Shown here piece after piece: positions 50,155-64,000 of a stretch of DNA of 64,000 nucleotides. Source of the stretch: Zootoca vivipara (lineage: Eukaryota); NCBI RefSeq assembly GCF_963506605.1, contig NC_083277.1, positions 2,666,001 through 2,730,000 of the forward strand, written 5' to 3'. The notes under the pieces were generated by a model. That model was not told the origin of the DNA, did not search any database, and was given only the letters and a program-made list of their open reading frames with translations. The first letter of the stretch is position 1, and each line of letters opens with the position of its first letter. A program made the translations under genes and the position numbers.

Positions 50155-50281
50155 CTTCCTGAGTAGAGATGGTCCCTTCTGCACATGGAGTGCAAGCATA
50201 GCAACAAACCGGCTTTCCTTCCTGAGTCTCTTTGGCATATCCAACGTGACAGCTCTCGGTGCACCTGGAACGAGGCACGGT
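50155..50281 (-). CDS. V2R gene A exon 5 (nine-cysteine domain)
   Basis: 127 nt [17 protein letters not shown]...[21 protein letters not shown] boundaries. Confidence 0.93.
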
Positions 50282-50414
50282 CTGTCCAGAAAGAGATGGA
50301 GCATCAAAGAAAAAGAATTAGGAGTATTTGCGCTTGGTGGTATACATTCAGAGATTTGAGCTTCAGACACTGCGAAAACCTTGCTGGGCAATGTCTTTCT
50401 CTTCTTCTTTTTTT

Positions 50415-51075
50415 AAAAAATAAATTTTTATTGTTTTCTCAAACACAAAATTACAATATACAGAAAAGAAAAACGATCGCCAATAAAACAATTCCTCTAT
50501 TACATTTCTATTACTGTTTACTATATACATTCTATTGTTCTGCCGAACACAACTTCCTCCTTTTACCACTTCGGTTTTCTAAGTTATCATCATATATATC
50601 ACGCTTTCTTCATCCATATCTCTTTCATCTTCTTAATTACATTACCATATTTTGAATACAGTGGAACCTCGGTTTATGACACCTCGGTTTACGAATTTTC
50701 GGTTTACGAATGCCACGGACCTATCTGGAACGGATTAATTCACTTTCCATTACTTTCAATGGGAAAGTTCGCTTCAGTTTATGAACAGACTTCTGGAACC
50801 AACTGTGTTCATAAACCGAGGTACCACTGTATATCTATATTGTTTCTGTTGTAGGTTTTATGTCAATCCTGTTAGCGTCTTTATAGTCTTACAGTACTCC
50901 TTTAGGTATTCCACAAACTTACTCCAATCTTTTTGGAACTTCTGGTCCTTTTGTTCCCTTATCCTTCCTGTCATTCTAGCTAACTCTGAGTACTCCATCC
51001 TTTTAACCCTTCACTCCTTGAGTGTTGGAATTTCTGTTGTTTTCCATCTTTGGGCAATGTCTTTCTCAGGCAACA
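50415..51075 (-). mobile_element. L1/Tx1 3' fragment with nested Tigger-like MITE (50659-50829)
   Basis: AQRWKTTEIPT..MEYSELARMTGRIR remnants; MITE TA-CAGTGGAACCTCGG...CCGAGGTACCACTG-TA. Confidence 0.7.
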
Positions 51076-51419
51076 AAATGTTCTGGGCCAGCCATGACAG
51101 AACCTGCCCTTAATCCCCCCAAACAGGGCAGGTTGGGGAAGTTAAACACTCATTGGCTGGTGCTGCTATGGGAAGGTTCCTTTCTACACTGCAGCCCTGG
51201 AGAACCTGGAGAACCTGCCAGCCCTTTAGATCTTGCTGGGCTACAGCTCCCATTTATCCCAGGCCATGACTGTACTGGCAAGGGCCGTTGAGCGTTTGAG
51301 TCCTACAACATCTGGTTCCTCATCCCTGCTATATGTGTTTACATTGCGTCCCAGCATGCTCAAATTATTTGAGCTTGGCACATGTCACAGACAATAAAAA
51401 GTCGCACATCCCCCCCAAC

Positions 51420-51647
51420 CTTCTTAAAACTCCCGGGCCATGAAATAGCATCTGGGTTAATGGTGAATTTTAGGTCTGAGGTTGTGCATCCCTCCACACT
51501 TCCAATCTTCACTCTGCCACGAGACTTATTGGGAAACTGCACCCAATTGATGATGTCAAAGCTGGCTGGCAGCTCCCGACCCTCATCCAAACATTGCCCA
51601 TCAGTGGAGATATTCGCCACCTGGACTTCTCTTAAGAAAGAGTGAAG
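51420..51647 (-). CDS. V2R gene A exon 4
   Basis: 228 nt LHSFLREV...FDIINWVQFPNKSRGRVKIGS...ISWPGSFKK, AG/GT boundaries. Confidence 0.92.
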
Positions 51648-51872
51648 CTGAAATGACAGAAGAAACAGCAGCATGTGTGGTAGGTAAGACGAATTCACAT
51701 AGAACAATGCTATCGACAGATACTAGCCATGGTTAGCTAGCTAGCTAGAAGCTTTATTTGCATTAGCCACTAGCCGTAGCAGTAAGATGAAATATACTGG
51801 AAATAGAGCTAAATAGTTAGCTTTAGCCACAGATAAAACATGTGAGCCAATAGGCTTTCTTTTGATTTAAAG

Positions 51873-52008
51873 CAGGCATCCCCAAACTTCGTCCCTCCAG
51901 ATGTTTTGGACTACAATTCCCATCTTCCCCAACCACTGGTCCTGTTAGCTAGGGATCATGGGAGTTGTAGGCCAAAACATCTGGAGGGCCGCAGTTTGGG
52001 GATGCCCG
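51873..52008. mobile_element. hAT-type MITE
   Basis: 8-bp TSD atttaaag. Confidence 0.9.
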
Positions 52009-52595
52009 ATTTAAAGAAAAAGGAAAACCTGAGGAATGTTAGAAAGTTTATCACATAATGGATCTTACTCTAATTGCCCCTGCTAAAAATATTATTTTTA
52101 CAATTATACTAAAATTAAACTAATCCCCAGCCCCATCTAAACGTTTATCCTACCCCCAACAGAACAAAAACAAAATTTTTAAATGCCACAAATTAAAAAC
52201 TATTTTAAAACATTTAAAAGCATTTTTGACATTTGCCCCGACCCCAGAGTTTGTTTCATTGAGTCTGGGCTCCTTCAGGACTCGCAGCAGGGCAATGTCC
52301 CTCTGGCCTCCCAGGAGTCTAAAGCAGAGCTGCTCTCTAGGCCAGGTGGGAAAAGGCCTTGCAGGGAGCGGCCTTCAGCCCTCACAGCAGGATGCTTCAT
52401 ATTGGGACTAGCGCACAACTCACCTGGACTCCTATATATTTCTATTAGAAGTAACCCTCACTGAATTCAGTAAGCTTATTCCCCTGTAGTACTGCATATA
52501 GTACTGTAGCCATAGTGGCTGATCATGGTTGCTGCTGTTCTCTGCTATCACAGCTTAGCAACCTTCTTCTCTTCAGCATTTTAAGGCTGGCTATG

Positions 52596-53080
52596 CAGAG
52601 ACATCACCTTGTCAACAAAGGTCCATATAGTTAAAGCTATGGTTTCCCCAGTAGTGATGTCTGGAAGTGAGAGCTAGACCATAAAGAAGGCTGATCGCCA
52701 AAGAATTGATGCTTTTGAATTATGGTGCTGGAGGAGACTCTTGAGAGTCCCATGGGCTGCAAGAAGATCAAACCTATCCATTCTGAAGGAAATCAGCCCT
52801 GAGTGCTCACTGGAAGGACAGATCGTGAAGCTGAGGCTCCAATACTTTGGCCACCTCATGAGAAGAGAAGACTCCCTGGAAAAGACCCTGATGTTGGGAA
52901 AGATTGAGGGCACAAGGAGAAGGGGACGACAGAGGACGAGATGGTTGGACAGTGTTCTCGAAGCTACGAACATGAGTTTGAGCAAACTGCGGGAGGCAGT
53001 GGAAGACAGGAGTGCCTGGCGTACTCTGGTCCATGGGGTCACAAAGAGTCGGACATGACTAAACGACTAAACAACCACAA
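52596..53080 (+). mobile_element. BovB 3' fragment
   Basis: IVKAMV.PVVM...RVPWAARRSN. Confidence 0.9.
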
Positions 53081-53218
53081 CACACTCATCATTACATTAC
53101 AGGTGTAAGCTCAGTTTTATGTTTGTTTCATTTTTGAAGGAGAGCATATTCCACTGTTAGGCAAAATGAGATTGGCTACTCAAAATGATACATTTGGGGC
53201 ACCACTGAAGAGAATTAC

Positions 53219-54013
53219 CTGCCAAGGGTGCAGCCTCTGATGTTGCAGCCTGCGTCCTCCACCCACCCTCAAGATCTGTCTGGATCTCGATGAATGAGCC
53301 ATGTTCAAGGCCCGAACCACTGCTTGGACACTGTTGTATGTGCTGTAGCTGTCCTGAGAGAAAACTCTCTCAAGCTCCTCCTGCTGCAAAGTCTCCAGCT
53401 TTTCTCCTTCTGTGCATCGTGTCCAGCCTCTCACAGACAAAACATGCTTTGAATATGAACAATGAAACGCTCTTTTCCAAAACCGTTCAAGAACAGGTGA
53501 GAATGGATTATAGTAGTCATATTTCATCCTTACGGGGGTCTTCATTACAAAGGACAAGGAACCACAGAGGTAACGGAAATCAACAAACGAGTACAGGTTG
53601 ATGTCCCAAAAAGTGGTTGTGATCCAGAGCTTTGACCCAGCATGTATTGTTTCAAGGCGGGTTTGCAAAATTGCAATCAGATCAAATTCGTGTTGAGAGT
53701 CTGCATAGTAAACAAGTACGCTAACTTGTCTCCACACGTCACGTGATTCTCTTTTGAGTAACTCGCCGTACGGCGTCGTCTTGAGGACTCTCTTTGAAAT
53801 GGCAACACAGATTCCATTGTGGATCAGCAGAGGTTTCAAGGCACTCATGAACCTCTCTCCATTGTCAGTGTCTGGAGCGACGAGACCAACCCATGTCCAC
53901 TGGAAGTGCAGGAGCAGTTGGACAATCCCCAAGCACTGCGCCTCTTCTTTTGGGACCATCCGGTAGACAAAAGGGAACCGAGTTTTATAATGAAGAAGAA
54001 AGCCGTAACTGAC
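53219..54013 (-). CDS. V2R gene A exon 3 (Venus flytrap domain)
   Basis: 795 nt open: VSYGF...FPFVYRMVP...HFQWTWVGL...SYSTYNSVQAVVRAL...HPWQ|gtaatt. Confidence 0.93.
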
Positions 54014-54021
54014 CTAGTGAA

Positions 54022-54425
54022 ATAAAAAAGTTCCTTCAGTAGCACCTTAAAGACCTACTAAGTTTTTATTTTGGTATGAGCTTTCGTGTGCATGCATATT
54101 TCATCAGATACACTGAAACAGAAGCCACCAGACCCTTATGTATATTCAGAGGGTGGGGGGTGGGAGTGATGGGAATGGGTGATGGGCTGATAGGAGTGGT
54201 AAACCTGTTGATGACTGTTAATGACTGCAATTGGTCTTGCGGGGGGGGGGGGGGAGCAAGGGCTGAGGTGCTAAGGAAAGCTTGATCATGTATAATGAGA
54301 TAAGAATCCTATGTCTTTGTTCATTCCAGGTGGCTCCATGGTTTTAAGCTTGCTAATGAGTTGCAATTCAGCAACTTCTCTTTCCAGTCTGTTTCTGAAA
54401 ATTTTCTGTAATAAAACAGCTACTT
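54022..54425 (-). mobile_element. Penelope 3' fragment inserted at the exon 3 acceptor
   Basis: Reverse complement of about 49520-49925; 12-bp TSD tgacctagtgaa at 54010-54021 and 54426-54437. Confidence 0.88.
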
Positions 54426-54829
54426 TGACCTAGTGAAGAATGGGAAAAAAGATGGATGATATGTTTCCAGGACAATGATCAAATACTTGCTAACCTGGAG
54501 TTACTAACATGTATCAACAGCCTCCAAGGGGACTCTGTGAGGTGCTTGTCAGTGAGTGTCAGTCTACTCAAGATGCTGCGCCCAGCATTAAAACAACCAC
54601 ATCCACAACACAGTGCTTTACTTTCCCCCATAGGACTGAATGGTGACCTTTACTCAAAAGGAAGTGGTGAATGGAGATGCTTCAGTCAGGGTTGTTTAGC
54701 AGCACAGTCTTACATATATCTAGGAGAAAGAAAGAGGCAAGGATAGCCTTCACACCTTCATACTCCACACAGGTGTTGAGTTGTGCCTAACCTGGGGGAG
54801 GGGGGCACGACGTCACACATGCATGATGC

Positions 54830-55392
54830 CCAGAGAAGCAGACACGGAGCAATGGATTCAAACTACAAGAAAGAAGATTCCACCTAAACATTAGGAAGAA
54901 CTTCCTGGCAGTAAGAGCTGTTCGGCAGTGGAATTTGCTACCAAGGAGTGTGGTGGAGTCTCCTTCTTTGGAGGTCTTTAAGCGGAGGTTCGACAGCCAT
55001 CTGTCGGCTTAGGGAGCTGGGTATGTTTAGCCTGGAGAAGAGAAGGTTACGGGGTGATATGATAGCCATGTTCAAATATATGAAAGGATGTCATATGGAG
55101 GAGGGAGAAAGATTGTTTTCTGCTGCTCCAGAGAAGCGGACACGGAGCAATGGATTCAAACTACAAGAAAGAAGATTCCACCTAAACATTAGGAAGAACT
55201 TCCTGACAGTAAGAGCTGTTCGGCAGTGAAATTTGCTACCAAGGAGTGTGGTGGAGTCTCCTTCTTTGGAGGTCTTTAAGCGGAGGCTTGATAGGCATAT
55301 GTCAGGAATGCTTTGATGGTGTTTCCTGCTTGGCAGGGGGTTGGACTGGATGGCCCTTGTGGTCTCTTCCAACTCTATGATTCTATGATTCT
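54830..55392 (+). mobile_element. CR1 3' end with tandem partial duplication
   Basis: 54830-55005 repeats 55129-55305; ATTCTATG tail. Confidence 0.88.
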
Positions 55393-56030
55393 GTGTCACA
55401 TGTGTGGCTCACGATGTGTATGCCCAGTCCTACCAGGCCAACTCAACCTGCCACCCCCCACCCATTGCCCAGCACCCGCTGCCTTACTTTAATTTGCAGC
55501 TGCCACCACAAGGCTGAGACCACCTTGGTGCGGTCGCCTCCTGCCCCTCCTCCACGTGGTCCACCGAGGCACCTGAGCACATTTTGAGATTGCCAGCGCT
55601 CCTTCCTGGAAGGCGCCCTGCTGACCCCCAAAGGGACACGCTGGACCAAGACACCGTGCCCTGCCATGTCTCTGACAGTGTTTGTCAGCATGAAGGCCCC
55701 CTCAACATTGTGGGGACTGGAGGCCCTGCCAAAAGATATTGAGGAGACACCTCAGCCCCCTGGAGCTGCCACAGCTGCTTGAGAGGGTGAAGCAGCTCCT
55801 CTATGAAGAAAGGGACCTTTTAGTTTGGAGAAGAGGCAAAGAAAAGGAGAGACACATAAATGTTGGAATATTCAGGACAGAGCAAAGAAGGTACTTCTTC
55901 ACAGAGTGCATAGTTTAACTTGGATGGTTTTAAAAGGCAATGTTCTGCCTCCACTGCTCAAGGCACTGTGCACTGAATATCAGTTGCGGTGAGTCACAAG
56001 TCTGGAGAGTGTTGTTGAGTGTCAAGTTAT

Positions 56031-56068
<38 letters not shown>

Positions 56069-56893
56069 CTTATTTATACCCCGCCTGTCTGGCTGGGTTT
56101 CCCCAGCCACTCTGGGCGGCTTCCAACTGAATATTAAAATCAGTACAGTATCAAACATTAAAAACTTCCCTAAACAGGGCCGCCTTCAGTTGTCTTCTAA
56201 ATGTAAAATAGTTGTTTATTGCCTTGACATCTGCTGGGAGGGCGTTCCACAGGGCGCGTGCCACTACCGAGAAGGCCCTCTGTCTGGTTTCCTGTAACCT
56301 CACTTCTCGCAATGAGGGAAGCGGCAGAAGGCCCTCGGTGCTGGACCTCAGTGTCCGGGCTGAATGATGGGGGTGGAGACGCTCCTTCAGGTATACAGGA
56401 CCGAGGCCATTTAGGGCTTTAAAGGTCAGTACCAACACTTTGAATTGTGCTCGGAAACGTACTGGGAGCCAATGTAGGTCTTACAGGACCGGTGTTATGT
56501 AGGCCACTCCCAGTCACTAGTCTAGCTGCCGCATTCTTGATTAATTGCAGTTTACGGGTCACCTTCAAAGGTAGCCCCACGTAGAGCACATTGCAGTAGT
56601 CCAAGCGGGAGATAACCAGAGCATGCACCACTTTGGCGAGACGGTCTGCGGGCAGGTAGGATATCAGCCTGCGTAGCAGATGGAGCTGGTAGACAGCCGC
56701 CCTGGACACAGAATTGACCTGCACCTCCATGGACAGCTGTGAGTCCAAAATGACTCCCAGGCTGCGCACCTGGTCCTTCAGGGGCACAGTTACCCCATTC
56801 AGGACCAGGGAGTCCTCCACACCTGCCCGCCTCCTATCTCCCACAAACAGTAATTCTGTCTTGTCAGGATTCAACCTCAATCGGTTAGCCGCC
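56031..56893 (-). mobile_element. L2 3' fragment with (TTG)n tail
   Basis: AANRLRLNPDKTE...SRLDYCN. Confidence 0.9.
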
Positions 56894-57189
56894 AAGTTCT
56901 GCTTGTGAGCTTCCCATTGGGACATTGGGTTGGCAAATGTGAGAGTAGGATGCTGAATTAGATTGGCCTGATCCAGCCAATTCTTAAATGTTGTTAATTA
57001 CCAAATAATGGCAATGTAATAGACAGATTCAGGGGAGCTGTTACAGGTAAAGTTTCCTTCGGAAAAACGGAAGTCTTGCTCCAAATAGGAGAACAAAAAG
57101 GAACATAAACTTTGGCAAAATAAATTTTGCAAGTCACCAAAGGATCTGCAGAATTATACACAGTTGTTTTTTCTCCCAATCCATCATAC

Positions 57190-57481
57190 CTGTGGGATTT
57201 TGTAGATGCCCAACATGGTTGAAATCTGGCTGAAGATGTCAGAATTAGCATGTTCAAGAACTGCCAACAGGTTGTTCCATTTTCCGCAATTGTAGTTTGG
57301 AATATTGATTTCCCCACCAGCCAGCAGGTCTAGCATGACATCGGAAGTGATTCTGCTATCACAATAGTTCTCATAGATGTTGTAGCCCAGGGTGATGTTG
57401 GGCAAAATCCTAGAATCCTGATTGATCTTCTGAATGGTGAAGAAGAAGGACAACATATGCCAGTACCTTCTGAATTCAAAC
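57190..57481 (-). CDS. V2R gene A exon 2
   Basis: 292 nt [34 protein letters not shown]...IPNYNC...YKIPQ|gtatga. Confidence 0.95.
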
Positions 57482-58450
57482 CTGCAATACAAATATTTAT
57501 AGTTCACCCTGAGATCAAAATGACACTTAATTCAGGCAATATTTCCAATTACAAAACAGCAAATAAAAAAAACATCATCAACAACAGTCGATTTAATTCA
57601 TGTTGGACTTTGGTATATACCTGTATATTGCTGCACAGTGCTGAAGTAAGTAGTTTGGCAAGACTGCTGGTTGAAATAAAAAAAAGGAACATTATGAGTG
57701 TATGCTTGCCTGCAGCCATCATGATGAAAGGTCCAAAATGAAGATTCAACACTGGCTGGAGAAGGAAGAAGGAAGGAAAACCTGAGAGAAAGTAATCTTC
57801 ATGGAGTTACTTAAGAAGGTATTGGCGAGGGAAGAATAGATTGTCTTTCTGCCTACAAACTCCCAATGGTTTAGGTAACTTACTGGGCTGCATTGTACCT
57901 TTGCTCTCAACAATTTTAAAACACAAGTAAGAACTACCACTAGGATTAACAGTTTCTAAACAGTTCAGATAATATCCAAGTTGAAACCTGGCTGTGAAAT
58001 CAAACCAATGTGGATGGCTGTGGGACCTCAGAGGACAGGGTTTTTCACAATGCAGAGATAATCCTTTGCGCAGTGGATTTTATCCTACTTTCTATAGAAA
58101 AGCTGCAACTCAGTGCTCACTCAGGAACATCTGCTCCCCTTCTATTAAGAAGCTTTGTGGGAGGAGAAAGAGGAAGTCTAAACTGTGGTTATATACAGTA
58201 TGATCTTGAAATACGTGGGAATATACAAGTTTTTTTCTTTTCTTTATGTTTGTTCCTTTATGTCGGGAGTGCATGTATTTTCTCTTGTGTTTATGTGATG
58301 AAATATAAAGGATAACAAACTAGGTGGAGTGATATAATATATTAATATTTATTTTTTGTATTATAAGGTAGTACTCTACATTGTGTTAGATAAAGAACAT
58401 TGCATTGAAAAGCAACACTATGTAATGACAAACAAATAACTTTTGAAAGT

Positions 58451-58793
58451 AGAATCATAGAATCATAGAGTTGGAAGAGACCACAAGGGCCATCCAGTCC
58501 AAGCCCCTGCCAAGCAGGAAACACCATCAAAGCATTCTTGACATATGCCTGTCAAGCCTCTGCTTAAAGACCTCCAAAGAAGGAGACTCCACCACACTCC
58601 TTGGCAGCAAATTCCACTGCCGAACAGCTCATACTGTCAGGAAGTTCTTCCTAATGTTTAGGTGTAATCTTCTTTCTTGAAGTTTGAATCCATTGCTCCA
58701 TGTCCGCTTCTCTGGAGCAGCAGAAAACAACCTTTCCCCCTCCTCTATATGACATCCTTTTATTTATTTGAACATGGCTATCATATCACCCCT
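58451..58793 (-). mobile_element. CR1 3' end
   Basis: Matches the other CR1 copies. Confidence 0.88.
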
Positions 58794-58847
58794 CAAAAGT
58801 ATTTCCTTTTGATTATTAGTTTACTATGTAATATTATAAAATCTTTA

Positions 58848-58896
<49 letters not shown>

Positions 58897-58919
58897 TCAA
58901 GCAGCGTATAGTTTCTTAC

Positions 58920-59137
58920 TCAGAAATCCTCGTTAAGGGGGGCCCGGAGAAAATGTATGGTTTAATTACAGCACCTTTTGGACATATGATGCCCCCGATG
59001 AGGTAGTCTCCTGGCCTGTAATAATTCCATGGGTCGCTTTGATCCCTGATCAAATTCAATGGGCATTTTGCCTTCAGCATCCCACAAACTGCCTGGGGTA
59101 TTGGCAGCAGGAGCAGCAGCAGGAGAAGCAATGTCAT
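58920..59137 (-). CDS. V2R gene A exon 1 (signal peptide)
   Basis: [12 protein letters not shown]...KCPL...YYRPGDYLIGGI; donor GA|gtaag. The six exons sum to 2559 nt (852 aa plus stop) with consistent phases. Confidence 0.93.
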
Positions 59138-59609
59138 TCTGAGTCTGCCTGCAACAGTTGCCTCCCTTTTGACAGCAATAATTTTAGTTATACAGATCGA
59201 GTCCTGCTATTGAAAAGTACCAGTAGTAAACCTTGCCCACTTGTCCCTACCGGCTCCAAATACCAGTGGTAAAGGGTATATTTCTGAAACCATTCCTCCT
59301 TCAGGCTTAGTGCAATAACTTGCCTCATTGCTCTTAATTATGGTGTTTTCAGTCATTGGGGAAATCCCAGGAGTTTTGGTAAGAAGAATGGTGTAAATCA
59401 CTGTAATTTTAATAATTATAAGATAGAAGAATCACCCAGCCCTCTGGTCCATCTGCTTGGGTGAAGGGAAATGTTCAGAACTGGAGAAAAACATGTTTTT
59501 TGGAACTCATTTGGGGCAAAGAGGGAGGGCAGGTGGCCTTGACAAGCTTTCCACGAGAAACATCTTTGGAATTGCTAGGACGAAAATTTCCTCCCCCCTT
59601 CCTCTATAC

Positions 59610-59745
59610 CAGGCATCCCCAAACTTTGGCCCTCCAGATGTTTTGGACTACAATTCCCATCTTCCCTGACCACTGGTCCTGTTAGCTAGGGATCATGGGA
59701 GTTGTAGGCCAAAACATCTGGAGGGCCGCAGTTTGGGGATGCCTG
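59610..59745. mobile_element. hAT-type MITE
   Basis: 8-bp TSD ctctatac. Confidence 0.9.
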
Positions 59746-59849
59746 CTCTATACAAAGAATGTAAAGCAGTTGTCACACTGCAATTCATTTTGTGGCTGCC
59801 AATCGATGGCCAGGTGAATGAGTAAGCAGAGCAGGTGCCCAGGCAAGCT

Positions 59850-61370
<1,521 letters not shown>

Positions 61371-61606
61371 GGTAACATCTCCCAAGCTGTGGATACCTTT
61401 GTATGTCAATATATTATACCAGTAGCAATTATCTCAGTAGTGGTGCAATATTGTAGCATTGATCTGCCTGAATTTGTACAAGTTGCAGATTCTGGGTCAG
61501 TCTCGAGGGCAGCCCCACATTTTTGCAGCTTTAATTGGTTTTTAAATCCCTACTAGAAGTCATAGTTCCAGTCTATTTTGTGCACAAATCTTCCGCGTTC
61601 CCACAG

Positions 61607-62526
61607 CTACCTACCAAATGCCATGTTTGGTTTTTTGGTTGTCAGGTACTCCTTCATGTTCAGATGCGGCTTCAGTAAAATAATGTAGCACTTGGGAATG
61701 AAGATGCAGCCCAGGAGCCCAGCACTGGAGGCCAAGATGGAGAAGACCTGCACGGCTACCATGTATTTCCCCTTGGTGCTCAGGTAGGTGGGCACAAAGG
61801 ACACCCAAACACTGCAGAAGACCAGCATGCTGAAGGTGATCAGCTTGGCTTCATTGAAGGCCCCAGGCAGATTCCTGGCTAAGAAAGCCACTGTGAAACA
61901 GGTGGCAGCCAGGAAGCCCATGTAGCCAAGTGCGCAATAATACATGGCAACAGACCCTTCATTGCACTTCAGGATGATCTCTCCAGGCTGGGAGTGCATG
62001 TCTGAGTCGGGGAATGGTGTAGAGGTTCCCAGCCAGATGGTGCAGATGGCAACTTGGACACAGGAACAAGATATGACAATGGAGTTGGCCAGACTCTTCC
62101 CCAGCCATCTCCTCACTGTGTTCCCTGGCTTAGTGGCCAGGAAGGCCAATACTACAGTGATGGTTTTTGCCAAGATGGAAGAAACAGCAATAGAGAAGAT
62201 GATACTGAAGACTGTTTGTCGCAGAAGGCAGGTTGCTTTCCTTGGCTGGCCAATGAACAGGAAAGAGGACAAAAAGGAGAGCAGGAGGGAGATAAGGAGG
62301 ATGTAGGAGAGATCCCGGTTGTTGGCTTTGACTATTGGAGTTTCCTTGTATTTAATGAATATTCCGAAGATAAGGACAGTGGTTAAGGATAAGAAGAGGG
62401 CAAAGGAAGTTAGGAGGCTCCCCAAATATTCTTCATAGGATAGGAAAGTGATTCCTTTGGGGACACATTGATCTTGCTCCTTGTTTGGATGCTGATCTTC
62501 TGGACATTTGGTGCATTCCTTGGCAT
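61607..62526 (-). CDS. V2R gene B exon 6 (7TM)
   Basis: tgcag|AT acceptor; open frame with the same class C motifs; TAG at 61607. Confidence 0.95.
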
Positions 62527-62912
62527 CTGCACCGGGAGAGAGTTTTCGGTACCTTACATCAGTAACACACCTACAGCAGTTGGAATGTTGTAACAATTGT
62601 GGGGAAGGGGAGGCATATGGGAGACATCAGGAAAGAACACTGTGTTGGGAAGGAGAGATGCATACTTCCCTGGTAGAGAAGTCTCAATCCATTGCTCCCC
62701 CCCCCCAAAAAATGAAACTTGTGGAGCAAGGCTAGAAAAGTTTTCCCTGTGAGATCAGCCCACTGCATCAGAATTAGCCCAACAGGTCACTCAGTTTGGT
62801 GAAGCTGTTTTTTTCAGTTGTGTGACGGGTAACAATAGAGCTTCAAGGGAATGGTTGGGTGCTTCATCAAGGCAGAATTCAACTGCCCATCAGGTGATGG
62901 GGGGTGCAGGTA

Positions 62913-63221
62913 TGTAAAGGTAAAGGTAAAGGTAAAGGACCTCTGGATGGTTGTCCAATCAAATTTGACTATGGGGAGCCAGCGTTTGTCAGCAGACACC
63001 TATTCTGGGTCATGTGGTCAGAATGACTAAACCACATTTGGCGCAACGGGACACGTGATGGAAGCCAGAGTGCACAAAAAATGCCGTTTACCTACTCATG
63101 CTTGTATGATTTTGAACTGCTAGGTTAGCAGGTGCTGGGACAGAGCAACGGGAACTCCCTGTTGCGTGGATTTGAACTGCTCACCTTACGATTGGCAAGC
63201 CCAAGAGGCTCAGTGGTTTAG
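62913..63221 (-). mobile_element. Sauria SINE, diverged
   Basis: (AAAGGT)n tail and body similarity. Confidence 0.75.
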
Positions 63222-63327
63222 TATGTGTTGGTCAAGTGTGGGGGGGGAGCTATTTCCAACCAGCGGAAACTATTTGTGCCTCCCAGTGCTGCTCTTTGGA
63301 CCTGCTAAAACCAGAGACACATTCTAC

Positions 63328-63454
63328 CTTCCTGAGTGGAGATTGTTCCTTCTGAGCAAGGAGCGCAATCATAGCAGCAGGGAGGCTTCCCTTCCTGAAT
63401 CTTCTTGGCACATCCAGGGTGACAGCTCTGTGTGCATCTTGAACGAGGCACGGT
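63328..63454 (-). CDS. V2R gene B exon 5; exons 1-4 would lie beyond the right edge
   Basis: 127 nt [18 protein letters not shown]...[21 protein letters not shown] boundaries. Confidence 0.93.
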
Positions 63455-64000
63455 CTAGGTAGAAAGAGAAGAAGCAACATCGCGGGGAAATTGTTAGGGA
63501 TCTTTGGAAAAGGAATATAGAGTCTTGGAAAGGTCCTGGAAAAGGTATATTTGCTTCTAATGGCTCAACATGACCTGGGCCCAATTCAGGGTGAAATGGT
63601 TGGTTGGTTGGTTTGAAGAGCAGCATGGCAGAAAATACCCTTCTGTGTTTCTTCTTCTTCCCCTTAAGATTGATATTCCACGGGGACATTCAGCCACCCT
63701 GAGCTGAACTGTTTTCATGCCGCCCTCTTGAGCTATCAAAGAGATGCAAAGACCTTAGCATACTCTGGTGCCCATCAGATATTTTTGTCCTAGAGGGCAA
63801 AATACCTGGAGGGCATCATGTTGGAGAAGGTTCTACTGTGCTTTGAAAAGTTTCCCATTCCACTGTGGAAACTTAAACATGCTTCATCAATCAAGAGTGA
63901 TTAAGCTCCATTAAGCTCAATGGGACTTAGGTCCAGGGAAGTATCTACAAAATATTAAAAATACAATAAAACATTCAAAACTAGGGCTGCCTTCAAATGT

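Overview
Eukaryotic DNA from a squamate reptile, most likely a lacertid lizard (Sauria SINEs, BovB, CR1, L2, Penelope and Squam3-type SINE content). The left two-thirds (1-41 kb) is a SCAN/KRAB C2H2 zinc-finger gene cluster. It holds a minus-strand SCAN gene running off the left edge, a plus-strand SCAN-KRAB-ZNF gene (9 fingers), a plus-strand KRAB-ZNF paralog (10 fingers) and two minus-strand ZNF exons (16 fingers each) with no recognisable KRAB exon. The last four are arranged as two tandem convergent pairs. The right third is a vomeronasal type-2 receptor (V2R, class C GPCR) cluster: one complete 6-exon gene (about 852 aa), the last two exons of a second gene, and remnants of two more, interleaved with a decayed ZNF array. 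The most notable observations are: (1) a Gypsy/chromovirus integrase whose acidic tail carries two tandem motifs resembling the LEDGF/p75-IBD-binding (TND-interacting) motif of host proteins; (2) multiple Penelope-derived minimal hammerhead ribozyme motifs, one sense in a ZNF 3' region; (3) a Penelope insertion whose target-site duplication duplicates a V2R splice acceptor; (4) signs that the intact V2R may be a chimera of two paralogs. All calls were made by eye. Repeat boundaries without a stated TSD are approximate, family names come from recall, and nothing here shows expression.
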